DNA of 64,000 nt from Octopus sinensis (lineage: Eukaryota), in contig NC_043005.1 in NCBI RefSeq assembly GCF_006345805.1, positions 102,920,001 to 102,984,000 of the forward strand, written 5' to 3'. Made by a program: the position numbers and the translations under genes. Below are positions 12,165 to 25,544 of this stretch, piece after piece. Each line of letters begins with the position of its first letter. The first letter of the stretch is position 1. The notes beneath the pieces are model-generated. The model worked only from the letters and a program-made list of their open reading frames with translations. It was not told where the DNA came from and searched no databases.

Positions 12165-12590
12165 TAATACAAATAAGAAAATGGAGAAACAAATTCAACT
12201 CGTTCTGCAACTTACGGATATTACAATTTTACATTGTTTATTAATTATACAAACGAGAACATCAAAAGCAAAGAAAACATTATATAAATCAATGGGCAAT
12301 ATAACAATAAAAATAATACAAATACATATTTTAAAAGTCATATTATAAATTATTGAAATTCATAAACTACTTCTTACAGCTGTTTCAGCCTACGGTCAAA
12401 AGTCAGTCCAACTTATATTGCCTACAGATGTCAGTATATTATGGTTGTAGGCATTAAAATTTATAGGCCTCGTCAGTGGATATAATTAACTTTAAAAGTA
12501 TAATAATAATATTGATATACAAAGCATGCTGCACTTATTATCTAATATATACAAATAAATAATAAACAAATATCCCAAATACGTACATAT
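12165..12590 (-). mobile_element. Probable PLE-type terminal repeat (family 2) carrying an HHR-like core
   Basis: The HHR-like core at 12370-12480 is followed on the minus strand by an AT-rich tail with AATAAA that ends in a (TACA)n/(TA)n tract. Same architecture as the other PLE termini in the window. Classification is inference. Confidence 0.45.
12370..12480 (-). ncRNA. Hammerhead-like motif with extended stem II
   Basis: Reverse complement: cca-CTGACGA-GGCCTA..[tgcctaca/tgtaggca inner stem]..TAGGCT-GAAA-CAGCTG-TA. Canonical core, palindromic stem III ACAGCUGU and a GUA triplet, but I cannot pair stem I. Confidence 0.5.
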
Positions 12591-12909
12591 ATATATATAT
12601 ATATGCTTTGCAAAATAGTGGTTTTGTCTCTAATAATATTTTATATATATAATATATATATATATATACCTACATATAAAAGAAAATACAAATATACATA
12701 CATATATATATATACATAAGCAAATACATACTATTCACATGCGTAAAATACATAAAAGAACATCATTGAACAATATATTACATTACATTGGGCATATTAT
12801 GCATCGTATAGTTACGTAAAGACATTCTAATTTATATACTCTACTATGTTTAACAGTACCAGCATTATTATTGCTTTAACGATAATCCTCAGCAGATCAT
12901 ACTAACGCA

Positions 12910-13545
12910 TACACGTAACACGAACAAATTCAATTTTAGAATCCAAAGTAGTAAATCCAAACTATATGTCTAAGCTGGTTTATGTCCACAAAGTATATGT
13001 CTCTGTTATATGCATATTAAATTTATTTAGATATTATTTAATGCATCCAAGTTACACGAACAAATCCAAATATAGAATCCAGAAAGAAAATCCAAACTTT
13101 ATGTCTAAGCTGAGTTTAATTCGCAATGTTTACGTTTCCGTTATATGCTTATTAAAATTAATACATCCACATATTCTAAAACTTCAATTTTAAAAACCAA
13201 AGTAGCAACTTCAAACTCTATGTCAAAGCTGAATTTAGTCCAAAAGTTTATGCTTATGTTTATGCATATTAAATATTTAAAAATATTTAAGATTATATTG
13301 GGGGTCAGGGAGCGGTCATTTAAATCATTGACTACTTCCAGTTGGCTAAATCGTTAGAACTTATCCGCTAGTCATGTAGTAAACAACAGAAGGTCAGATT
13401 ATTAGTTTAAAAAATCATACTAGCTTGAATTAGATCCACAATTTTTATGCTCCCGTTATATGTATATTAAAGTTTAAACATCTACGTAACGCTAACAAAT
13501 TCCATTTTATAATCCAGAAAAGTAATTCTAAATTCTATGTTAACA
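12910..13545. repeat. Degenerate ~120-135-bp tandem repeat (~4 copies, interrupted near 13300-13410)
   Basis: Recurrent gaacaaat(t/c)ca..ttagaatcca..aaatccaaact.tatgtctaagctg..gttatatgc.tattaaa near 12920, 13055, 13175 and 13490. Confidence 0.65.
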
Positions 13546-13922
13546 TATATATATTACAAAATTACTTTGAAAGATATTCATTTTCTTTGTGCCGCAGCAA
13601 CCACTGAATGGTTAAATCATATTCATAATTAGCTATAATATATTCTCCAGTATAGAACTTGAAACGAAGCCTGATACGGTAATGTAATATACGCATGATT
13701 GACTGTGTACGCGTGTATATTTTATGCAGCATAAAGATCTCTTCATCTACATATATATATATGCATTTTTAAACACATTTGAACATAGATATATGCATAT
13801 TTAAGTCTTGCAACCACCTATGTTATCGTTATTTTTATTATCAGCTATTCATATTTACCGCAGATAATAATATCTGTAGTAGTATCTATATAAATATAAT
13901 TTCTGAATATTTACTTCCTAAT

Positions 13923-13988
<66 letters not shown>

Positions 13989-14881
13989 GATATATATACA
14001 TATATATATATATGTATATAGACATGTGTATATACATATACATATATTTACATATATATGTATATACATATGTATATATATATATATGTATACATATATA
14101 TATATAACATATTATATATATTATATTATTGATTGATATATATATATATTATATATATTATATAATATATATATATTATATGCATGTATATATAATATAT
14201 ACATATATGTTCGGGAAACATCATTGAGCATGCACATAAAAGCTCCTATGTTATACTGACGGATACGGCCTAGTGATTCCAACTTACAAAATTTTATAGC
14301 CTCATAGGATTAATATAGTAATTATAATGAGAATCCAAGGAGCAAATTCATATATATTCTAATGCATCGCTACGCACGTTTCCACGCATCTCATGTGTTT
14401 TGCGACCAAAATCCGCATTCCTGAGATGAATACAACATGGACATCACTTGAGTCTTTGTTCATGCATTCATTTCTTCTGTTACTTGAAGAAACGCGCATA
14501 TATTAATATAGGAATACTGACATATTAACCAACAGTACGTAGTAGGAAATCTAGGACGATCTAAACGCAGACAAACTGAAAATTTAACAAAAGTGGACGT
14601 ATCTTCGTAGCGATTTCGCACACAAAGCATCATAATGCTCTGTCATATTTCAGGTCTTGTAACCACAGGACGCTATCCAGTTACCACACGCCCTTATGCC
14701 TCCGAAAAGTGCTTTATGATATAGAATATTTATATTACTTACTTTGCGCATCCTGATAAGTTGCCTAGACTATAATTCATAGTCAATGATTTGATTAAGT
14801 ACTTAATTTTTTTATTCACAGACACCGTAAGCTCAATCTAACTTTCTATTATTATTCGTTGAAAGAACCGTGAAATTGTCG

Positions 14882-14964
<83 letters not shown>
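14882..14964. repeat. (TATC)n microsatellite running into the gap
   Basis: Direct reading. Confidence 0.95.
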
Positions 14965-15064
14965 NNNNNNNNNNNNNNNNNNNNNNNNNNNNNNNNNNNN
15001 NNNNNNNNNNNNNNNNNNNNNNNNNNNNNNNNNNNNNNNNNNNNNNNNNNNNNNNNNNNNNNNN
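14965..15064. other. Assembly gap (100 N)
   Basis: A run of exactly 100 N, typical placeholder gap size. Confidence 0.99.
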
Positions 15065-15579
15065 CATTTCTGTATGAAAGTATGAAAGAATACATTAAAA
15101 CGACAGTGTAATTCAAGAAATTCTTTGATTCATGAGCAAAACGAAGGAACTTTTGAAGCTTTTTATTGAAGGATAAGCAAGTTTTAGATATCACTGTATC
15201 TCGTAAATTGTCACAAACAATTATTGTGTTAATACATTTGCTTGCAATTCTCATTCCCATATTTCTTTTTGTATGAGTTTTCTAGTTTCTTCTTTTTATT
15301 CATCTGATCTTACTATTTGTGATTGGCTCATTTCAAGCTCGTGTCATTAATTTTGTGTGTAGCGAATCTTGTTATGTACACACAAACATAATACAGACTT
15401 AAAGACATACTTCCACACACACACCAACACAGATGCACACACATATATGCATTATTCATATATATATATTCATGTGTGTATGCGTGTTACTCATACAGTT
15501 AATCACATGTATGTATATAGTTATACGATTGAGTGTATTTCTTTGTGTGTGTGTGTGTGTGCGTGTCTGTGTATGTGTG

Positions 15580-15616
<37 letters not shown>

Positions 15617-15926
15617 GTTATTCTTAAACAAGACCGTTGTTGAGAGTGACTTCGAAGCTTAGTCTAGTGAAGCCAACGTCGATGATTTACTTTCCAAAAT
15701 CTACGAAGTCACTATCAACCACATTCTTGTTCAAGATTTGTATTCTGCAAAGTATTCAAAAACCCATCAGATTAATGCAAAATTGCTTTAATATACCCGA
15801 ACATATGAACAAATATATATATATATATATCTTGTTTTATCTTGGCTATTGAATAATTGTCACACATTATTTTGCAGATATATATATATATATATAGGAA
15901 AAAAGCAAATAGGAAAAAAGCAACAA

Positions 15927-16028
<102 letters not shown>

Positions 16029-16339
16029 GTTGTATGTATATATGTATGTATGCATGTATGTATTTCCATGTACATATTTATATTTAGTCCGTAAAATGTG
16101 TTTGATGAATTAGCAGCTCCACATCATCAGTTAGCAAATAGACTAAGAATTGTAAATCGAGGTAAAGATACAATAAAATAAGCAAAAACGTGCCTTATGT
16201 CTTGAAGTTGTTTCTACTTACTATGTTAAACCTTTTATGACCCTGAAGCTACAGAAATGCGGCATTTTTGTGGCGTTTGTGTGGCATCTCCTCCACCACA
16301 CTGAAATATCAGCCATTTGTAGCTCTGAGAATTTTCTGT

Positions 16340-16654
16340 CTCAAGTTGCATACCAGGAGTTCTCAGACTTCTCAGGAGAGATATTTATTAATTTCAAAGA
16401 ATCAGAAAATTCTAATCTCCCTCCAAAGGAAAATAGTCTCTTTTCAGTGCACATACCGTAGTGATCTATTGTTCTAGTGAACAACACATGCACGTACTCC
16501 AAATTGGAAGTATTCAATACCTTTGTCCCAGCCGCCTTTATATTAGAAACGGTTGCCTCGTAGGTTCTCTGTTAGCTTGTAAAACTTCAAAAGTCACAGG
16601 GAGCGTGATTAAGACTTTAGGGAAAGTGAGGTACAGTTTTGAAGCCCACCTGAG
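16340..16654 (-). mobile_element. Decayed mariner transposase C-terminus and 3' end
   Basis: Minus strand reads GFKTVPHFP*SLNHAPCDF*SF..KAAGTKVLNT.., cf. mariner GIKTVPHPPYSPDLAPCDFWLF..KEAVTKVLDT. A TIR-like gagaagtctgagaactcctggtatgcaac follows. Truncated at the edge of the 16655-17420 element. Confidence 0.65.
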
Positions 16655-17420
16655 ATAGATACTTGCATAGTTATAGACGCACGATGCTTTGCCGTCCCAT
16701 TCAAGACGTGATTACATTCCTCGTTGAAATGTCTGCCTCGTCATTTAGAGCGTCTTATTAATTATTAAAACAATGTGCATTCAGAAAGTTCAGAGACACT
16801 TTGCACAAACTTTGCACACATTTTGCACGTACAATTGCCAAAAATACGTGTTTAGTCTTTAAAGACAAACAATTGTCTTCATCCAGAAAATTGCGAGGTC
16901 TCTCAAGAAAGCTGATATTCTGATGTCCCTCTCACCGTGTACCCAAGCTCTTTATCGGCATTGGCGTTCTTGTGCTAGCAAAAAAGCCAATCTACCGCCG
17001 GGGGCATTTTATAAATTTCCGTACCACTTTTGCCTCGATAAACACAAGACTTTATTGCATAGCGAGCTTCCAAACATCTGTGCTACTTTCTGCAAGCTAG
17101 TCAGGTCTGACAAGAAGTATTTAGTAGGATGTGTTCAGAATGCTGTTATAGCTGTCACGTTCAATCTGGAATATCAAGAGATAAGTCAGTTTTTTTAAAT
17201 GTATGTTAATGATGTACTAAAATCGCAATGAACAACGACACTTAATACTATCTCTCCTAAAAGTGTCTCTGAACTTCCTGAATTCACATAGTTTTAATAA
17301 TTAATAAGACGCCCTGAATAACGAGGCAAAATTTTCAACAAGGAATGTAACCACGTCATTGAATGGTACGGCTAAACCACAGATTCTTCTTCGTGCGTCT
17401 ATAACTATGCAAGTATCTAT
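16655..17420. mobile_element. Unclassified MITE/fold-back element with long TIRs
   Basis: The 30 terminal bp are a perfect inverted repeat (atagatacttgcatagttatagacgcacga / tcgtgcgtctataactatgcaagtatctat). About 110 bp of imperfect IR continues inward (16691-16800 vs 17260-17372). No coding signature in the spacer. Confidence 0.8.
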
Positions 17421-17878
17421 ATTTTATTGTGGTAAACACACAAAATATCCCCGCCATCAAACAAGACCGCTTATTCATCAGCTTTGGTTTGACCATTATG
17501 TGTTATATGTGCTAGCTTGGTGAATGTCAAAACTAATTTTTTAGTGATAAACAGGTCCACACGCATCAAAGTCTGTCTCGCGAACACACACAATATTTTT
17601 TTAGTTGCAAGATAAAGGACGGACAACTGAGCTTGTGTGAGAATGCAGAAGATTGCAAAAATAGCTGAAAGGATCTCCTTTTATCGTTATCCTTTTGAAA
17701 ATGATATGTGTGCAGGTCATAAAAACCATTTCTTACGTTTGTGCTGCATCGGGACTTCCAGCCTCACAGCATGTCATATTCCCACCTGCATCAGAGGATT
17801 TTGGATTACCTACATTTTCTATGCTTCATTTAAATAAAATGAATACACGCTACGTATCTGTGTATATACATACACACA

Positions 17879-17912
<34 letters not shown>

Positions 17913-17915
17913 CAT

Positions 17916-17993
<78 letters not shown>

Positions 17994-19569
17994 TGTGTGT
18001 GTTTGTATATATATTCACATCTATATATATTCACATCCACATATATGCACTTATGCTGTTTCATAAATTTTTGTGCACAGAACGTAATGCATAATATTAA
18101 ATTTATTCCTTATATAATCTTATTCATGTGTGTCATATTCGCAACATATGATTTTCAACTGATAATACACTTTTAGTATAAGTGTGATTTCGTGCTGGTT
18201 ACTATCTGTAAAGATGTGTAATCCTGTGTTTGTGTATATGTTTGTCACTCTTTTATAATTAATGGTATTTACATCATCTCATAACAACCATGGAAATAAT
18301 AATTTACATAGGGTACATACAAATCTGCAATGCCACATTCATCTTTAGAAAACAAGAAAAAAATGCAAGATGGATTTCGCAAGCGCTTCGTCATATTAAT
18401 CTAGAAGAATGTATAAAATTAGCGCCATTTTCACATCTCTCTGCCCATTTGTCAAAATAATACGCTTAGTCATAGAATTCAGAGAGCTCAATTCTTGAAA
18501 CCAGAGTGAAGCCGGTAATCTTTAGAAATGAATAAATTTTATTGAAATAAGGAAATAATTGCTATACAGTGAAGAGAAATGGGAATGATTTATGTGATAT
18601 CAATAAAAGATACTTTCAACTCGTACATTAGATCAGTGTGATAAGTTTGCCTCCCCTTAATATGTCATTTTCTTAATGTATTGAATGGTGTACATAATAA
18701 CGCTACTAGTGGCTTAAAAAATGCACAACGTGTGTTTGTGCGAGCTTGTATGTGTAGATGTGTATGTATATGTATGTGTGTGTGGAGAGAGAAAAATAGA
18801 GGGAGAGTGAAAGGGATGGAGAGAGAAGGATAGGGAGTGAGTGAAAGAAGGGGAGAGGGATTGAACGTGACTGAAAACGAATAACGGTGGGAATAAGATA
18901 CATCAAACACATATGTATATGTATGTGTATATGTGTATATGTGTATATTTGTGTATATGTATGTGTGTATGTGTATATCACTGTATACCATACCCACTAG
19001 TTGCAGTATGAATCTCTCCCTCCCTAATACCATAAATTGACAGATACTTAATCCGCCCCTTATTTAATTCTACTATAAGGAATATGCTGTATGGATACTA
19101 ACCAGCTTGGTGTAAGCTTTCATATACATTTCGGAATAAATTATCCCAGCCTAGGAGTAATCCAACGTCAGCAGAAGGATTAACAACCATAAATAAATAC
19201 CCCGTTGTTCATCCTACACAAGAATTGTTTTTACAGTGTATATCAAATACAGATTAGCTAGTTTAAAACTCGTTGTGTGAATAAGGGTTTGTTTCTCTCT
19301 TGTCTATTATAATATTATCCATTGCTATGAATGGCAATTATCAACAGAATCTTGGACTGAATAAATCATTTCCTATACATCAATCAATTGACTGAATAAA
19401 TCGATTCTATACACCTATGTTCCGTATCACAGATTACTGTCAATATTAGGAAGTTAATTAAAATGTCGTAAGAATTTAATATGTATAATGTGCACTAATT
19501 AAACGGCAAAGAAACAGCACGAAGAAGATAACACAAGCTGATATTTATTGTATTATTTTGGATACATAA

Positions 19570-19770
19570 GGCGGCAAACTGGTAGAGTCATTAACAATAT
19601 GGACGAAAAGCTTTGTAGTATTTCGCCCGTTACTCCGTTTTGAGTTCAAATTCTGGCGAGGTCCACTTTGTTTTTAATCCTTTCGGGATCGAAAAAATAA
19701 GTACCAGTTGAAGACTGGGATCGATGTAATCAATCGTCCAATCTTCTCTCTTAAAATTGCTGCCCCTGTC
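19570..19770 (+). mobile_element. SINE family B (diverged)
   Basis: ggcggcaaactggtagagtc..gtatttcg..ttttgagttcaaattctggcgaggtccactttg..cctttcgggatcga..aataagtaccagttg. Confidence 0.7.
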
Positions 19771-20577
19771 ATACAGGAGGTCATTAAATATATTTTGTTG
19801 TTATTTTGTTCTTATTTCAAGTTGTTCACCTGTGTAGCGCTAAGGCTACATCTTAAATAGATAGAATACATCGCGAACTCTTAGGTGATACTCTGCCTGA
19901 TCAATACATACAAACATACATATATGCACATATATATATATGTAGATAGATAGATAGATAGATAGTGTGTGTGTGTGTGTGTGCTTTGTAGAGAGTTAAG
20001 AGTTTCATGTAATATAGGTGCTTCGGTACCCCCAGTCACGATGAAAGTTTTCCTTTTTGGCTATATATATATAGTTTACTATGCCGTTAAGTTAGAATTT
20101 CAAAAAAACTCTTACATAAACTATGACGTAAGCTTTCCACCGCATTACTTAATTCCAGATACGAAATTTTCACCAAATGTCAGTATACAGACAAATTTCT
20201 TTCATTAACTGGAAGTTTCAGCCTCTCCGGACTGAACAACTTTGTCGCGGGCTTTGGCCCATTTTTAGTTTATTTATTCTACAAGAACTTGTTTAGTTAT
20301 GGCTTTTTCTTTCAGCGGGGATATAAATATAAATTGCTTTTCTTTTCTTTTCTGTTTTTCTTTACGGTTCCAATGTTTGCTTAAATCATCTTTTTCTCGT
20401 CATTTTTTGTGTACTAGTGTCCCTGAATTTCAAATAAAATAGACCATGTTGTCACAGCCCGAATATTGCCTGGAGACATAAGTCATGTTACAAATACCTG
20501 TTTACACACGTGTCTCGAAAGATGAACTGTTAGTAGCACGTAGCACCTTTATACTGAGGTACATTAACGTTATACAT

Positions 20578-20609
<32 letters not shown>

Positions 20610-22307
20610 GTATTTACTTATATATATGGATATATATACACACATATATATACATATATTATATACATACATGTATGCATGTATGTACGTATCTATGCGT
20701 GTGTATGCTTGTGCATGGGCGTATGTGTGTCTGGTTTTGTTTATTTTTATGTGAACTTGTGTGTATATATTTTGTGTCTGTATGTTTGTGTGTCTCTATG
20801 TTTGCATGTATATGAGAGGTTGTTTAAGCATATGTGAATAAATTCGTACACAGCCTTTACTACCTCATTTTCATTACATCACATATACACCTATTTACAT
20901 AGTTTCTGCTATTCTTCCTTATAATAACCGTAATCTTCTTCACACTATACTCGGTTCCCACAATATTGCAAAACTTCTTTTTCTCTTTTCTTTTCTTTTT
21001 TTTTCTTTTGTCAGATACACATGTTTGTCTTATTTCTTGCGAACACTGATACAGACAATACGAAAAGAGAATATTTACATTTATTTTATATTCTTTATAA
21101 TGAAATCCACCGTTCTCGTCTTTTATGGATGCACACATGTGATACTGAAAATCCCAACTCAATTTACTTCACTAATTCTATAGCGTTGTAATTCTCTCCC
21201 TGTAAACCAAGCGATAACATTATACAATCGCTTAATATTTGCTATATTGGAGAACTGTTTAAATGCTTGCAATCGCGATTATAGCTTCGAGAGATGGTAG
21301 CCTTTGTTGAAAGGCCCAACAAAATGTTTATCTCACACCCGTGAGGAAGTAGTGGATGCACAACGCAAACATAATTATCATGTAGCAAACAAAGGGTAAA
21401 TAATGATATCTCATTTGGACAAGAATTCATAAAAGTATATACGAATATGTAGGTAATGTCAATGTTCTGGAGTTTCTACAACGATCACTCCATAAAAGAA
21501 AGATGCACTTCTCATAAAAATCGAAACAGAATGGAAATAAAACAGTAACTGCAAAGTTTCTGTGAAACCTATCACACACACTAGAGTGCTTGCCCAGAAA
21601 TGGCTCAATGAAGCCATAATCAGCCCATCGCCAGTCCAATCAGTTTTGCATTTCAACAGCATTCTGAATTGAAATTGCTGAAGAATAGGGCAAAGAATTC
21701 CTCTATTCTTAAGGTCACGTGATTTCGACCTTCCTTGGTCTTTTCAATGATGCACGCTGGACCGCTAGGGATAGCAGCGATTCATCGTCTGCCAGTTATA
21801 TATAGAATAACAGTATCAGAACAGGCGCTCGTGTTGCTATCAACCAGTGAGCTTGTTAAAATAATATTTATTAGAAACAGAGAAATTATTAATACCAGGA
21901 GGTATTTTACACTAAAAGTAAGCATGAAAGAAACTCTCATAGTAACTACTGCAGTAAAATTTCCTTATAACAGAACCTCCCCGATTAAGTGGGCATAAAT
22001 ATTACCTCAGGTCATTCATACTGCCTCCAATGTTGTCTCTTACTATATTGGGAATTATAAGGTTACATGTAATCTAATACAACGTAACGAATTCCAAATA
22101 TTTACACTATTTTAAACTGTAACATACTAATTTCAACTTTACTAGCATATAATTATGTTCTAAAGGATCGATCACTTAATTGTCAGTCTAATAGAACTCT
22201 CGGCAGAGAATTAATCTTTACGCCCATTGCAGGTACTTCCAGACAAGATAGCCATATAAATTATATCATAATTCCGTATGTCGGTACCCCACTGAGGCAA
22301 CCTCTTA

Positions 22308-22572
22308 GCATCTGGCCTCAGTTAAAGCTGGGCGGGAAAATCGGACCACCTTCCGAACACGCCCAGGCTTACTGTCCGATGTACATCCGAAGCTACGTGT
22401 AGTGGCTTCCCTGAATAGGAACTCAGCTCTACAGGAAAGCTTCAGTCTTCGGGAAGATGGACAAATCTGGAGATTTGTCAAGACTGCTGAAACGTGGAAG
22501 AGAGATACCAGCTGGTCTGAGTGCTCTCTACCCACAATAACTAAAAAGACTACAGCAACTCAGGGAAACTAA
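22308..22572 (+). pseudogene. Probable C-terminus of LINE ORF1
   Basis: Open frame HLASVKAGRENRTTF..KKTTATQGN* ends just upstream of, and overlaps in another frame, the ORF2 start. An ..GN-stop end is common for CR1/L2 ORF1. Inference. Confidence 0.45.
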
Positions 22573-22628
22573 GCCAGAACAACCTGCCATCCTCTACACA
22601 CCATCATAAACTGCGAGCAGGGTACAAA

Positions 22629-25391
22629 TTGTTGTCCTTAAATGCTCGCAGTTTATGCAACAAAATACATTTGTTCAACGCCTACGTCAGAAGTGTTGAC
22701 CCTGACTTCATCACTGTCACGGAAACATGGGCGTATTCCTTACTCTGTGATGGGGTTTTCAACATTACGGGGTACAACCTCTTCCGTAAGGACCGCACTA
22801 ACCGCCGTGGTGGTGGTGTGATGGTCTACGTTCGTTCAAATTTTTTGGTAATTCCTTGTGCCGATTTGAACGAATCACAAGAAGAAGTTTTTTTCTGTGA
22901 CGTGCGTATGACCATGTCAACACTCCTGCTTGGCGTTGTTTATCGTCCCCCAAGTTACCATCGGGACACACAGCTTTGCAATGTCCTCCGAGCTGCTGCC
23001 AGGAAAACAGCCACTTATGTGTTTATTGCAGGCGATTTCAATCATCCTGAGATCGATTGGGAGACCTTCCATTGGCCACAGAGTGCAAACGATTTTGTTG
23101 AGCTTGTGCTGGACTCAACTGGTCACAAGTAGTCACCTCTCCAACAAGAGGCGACAACACCTTGGACCTGCTCTTCACCACCACTCCTGAAGCGGTTATC
23201 AATTGCACTACGGAGGAACCTCTAGGTGACTCTGATCATGCTATGATCATCGCCAATCTGGCTCTTGCGGGCAACAAAAACCTGAACCATCTCCAATCTG
23301 CTTCCTTCGATTGGAAGAGAGCAGCTTGGAACCTGTACCACACTGAACTACAGCACCCAAACTGGCGTGAATTCTACAACTCTGGAGATGTGAATACTAT
23401 ACTCCAGAGTATCCTGGACTCAATATGGGCAGCATGTGCAGCATCAGTGCCACGTAAACAAAAAAGAAGAACCGCCCCAAAAGGGCAATTTGGGAAACTT
23501 CAGCGGTCCGACTTGCCAGGAGGGAACGTCGGACTGCTGAACGGGAATACAGGTTGCATAAATCAGACACCAACAGGAAGAAGCGGAATAAATCCTCCAA
23601 CCATCTCAAGCAAGTGACAAAAAAAGCAGTGCTTGAATTTGAACAGTGCATAGCAGCCAATCCTGACAGCAAGGTTTTCTGGAAATATGTGCACTCAAAG
23701 CAGAGACCTCACTCTCCAGTGGGCCCTCTTCGCAACCCTCACACAAACCAGATCACTGACGACCCCAAGGAATGCGCAGAACTCATTGCCGAGTGCTATG
23801 CAAACATATTCACTGTTGAAAGTCAAAATGTACCATCTTCACCATCACTAACAGCAAACTCCATAACAACTATGGAATTTACACCTGCAATGCTGCGACG
23901 TCACCTTCAAAATAAGCGCAACTATGCCTCCCCTGGTCTCGATGGAGTTACATACCTGCTTCTCAAACGTGGCAGGCACTTCCTTTTACACCAGCTTTCT
24001 ATTTTCTTCCAGTACTGTCTCAACAATGGTGCTACTCCGGAGCAGTGGAAAACTGCCAGTGTCATTCCTCTGTTCAAAAAGGGCGACCGCACATCACCTG
24101 TCAACTATCGCCCAGTCAGTCTCACTAGCTGTATTGCAAAACTGATGGAATCGTGTGTCAGAGAAACACTCTGGAACTTCTGGAGCTCTCACAGTCTCAT
24201 CCGACCCTCACAATATGGATTTGTCCCTAACTCCAGCTGCAGTGACCAGCTTGTCGAGTTCCTTGAGGACATTACTCAGATTACTGACAGTGGCTCATGG
24301 GTGGATGTTGTCTACCTTGATTTTGCTAAGGCTTTCAACTCTGTGCCACACAAAAGGCTTATGGTGAAACTCTCTGCAATGGGTGTGGGGGATGACCTTT
24401 TTAACTGGTTGAAATCCTTCATCCTCAGCCGAAAGGAGGTAGTCACAGTTCTAGGACAGCACTCTACACCATATGAGATGTCATCGGGTGTACCACAGGG
24501 ATCTGTCCTTGGTCCCCTCTTGTTTGTGGCATACATTAACGACATAGATTCCAATTTAAAGAATGCCACAGTATTGAGATATGCAGACGACATCAAGCTG
24601 TACCTTGAAATCAAGAGGACAGATCCTGATGTCTACAACTCTTTCCTGCAATCAGACCTAGACACAATGCAGCAATGTATCACAGACTGGCAACTGAAAC
24701 TGGCTGTGGACAAGTGTACCACCATGCATTTTGGGACAAAAAACCCTGCGTTCACATACTCCCTCCACAACACTGATATCAAGAAATCCTCTTGCGAGCG
24801 TGACCTAGGCATCACTGTCAGCAGTGATTTGCGTTGGTCAAAGCATATCTCTAAGATTGTCAGGAAGGCCGAGGGTGTCTTGGCATCACTCAGCAGGTCT
24901 TTTGTTAGCCGCTCTCCAGCCATCTATTAAAACTGTATACAGCTATGGTACGACCACACTTGGAATTCGCATCATCAGTTTGGAACCCCTATCTTGCACA
25001 GAACATTGACCTCCTGGAATCTGTCCAGAGACGTGCAACCAAACGCATACCCTCCATCAGACACCTACCATATTCTGAGCGCCTTGTTTCCCTGGGCATG
25101 GATTCACTGAAGCTCCGGCGTTTGGCGACGGACTTGGTAAACACCCACAAAGTTATCAACCACCTCACCAACAACAACACTGAACACCTTTTTGATCTCC
25201 ATGTGTCTAACACACGTGGACATGCCTACAAAGTCAGAAAACAATACAGCTCCCATGACTTTCGGAAACATTTTTTCACGCTCAGAGTTGCTGAAGCATG
25301 GAATAAACTGCCTGCGTCAGTTGTTGACTGCCATGACACTGCATCTTTTAAGGCCCTCATGCTTTCCGAAATCCGCCGAAACTACACCTGA
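22629..25391 (+). pseudogene. LINE ORF2 (endonuclease + reverse transcriptase) in four pieces separated by three 1-bp deletions
   Basis: ORFs 22629-23132, 23162-23617, 23554-24930 and 24945-25391 join if one base is restored at ~23113 (gac[c]tc), ~23485 (A run) and ~24927 (tat[t]ta). Confidence 0.9.
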
Positions 25392-25443
25392 TTATATATA
25401 CACTTTAGATGAGTTGTAGTGCACCTGAGCACTGTACACAATT

Positions 25444-25498
<55 letters not shown>

Positions 25499-25544
25499 TA
25501 TATATTATATATATATATATATAATATATATATTATATATATAT

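Larger units (their letters stand above)
22300..25460 (+). mobile_element. CR1-clade LINE, near full-length ORF2 plus end of ORF1, (ATT)n tail
   Basis: APE endonuclease motifs (SLNARS, VTETW, RKDR..RRGGGV, GVVYRPP, AGDFNHP, TLDLLF, GDSDH) and RT motifs (NYRPVSLTS, QYGF, YLDFAKAF, SGVPQGSVLGPLLF, YADD). C-terminal RPHLEF..W.P and TRGH.YK. Short 3' UTR ending in attattattatt at ~25441-25460. Confidence 0.95.
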
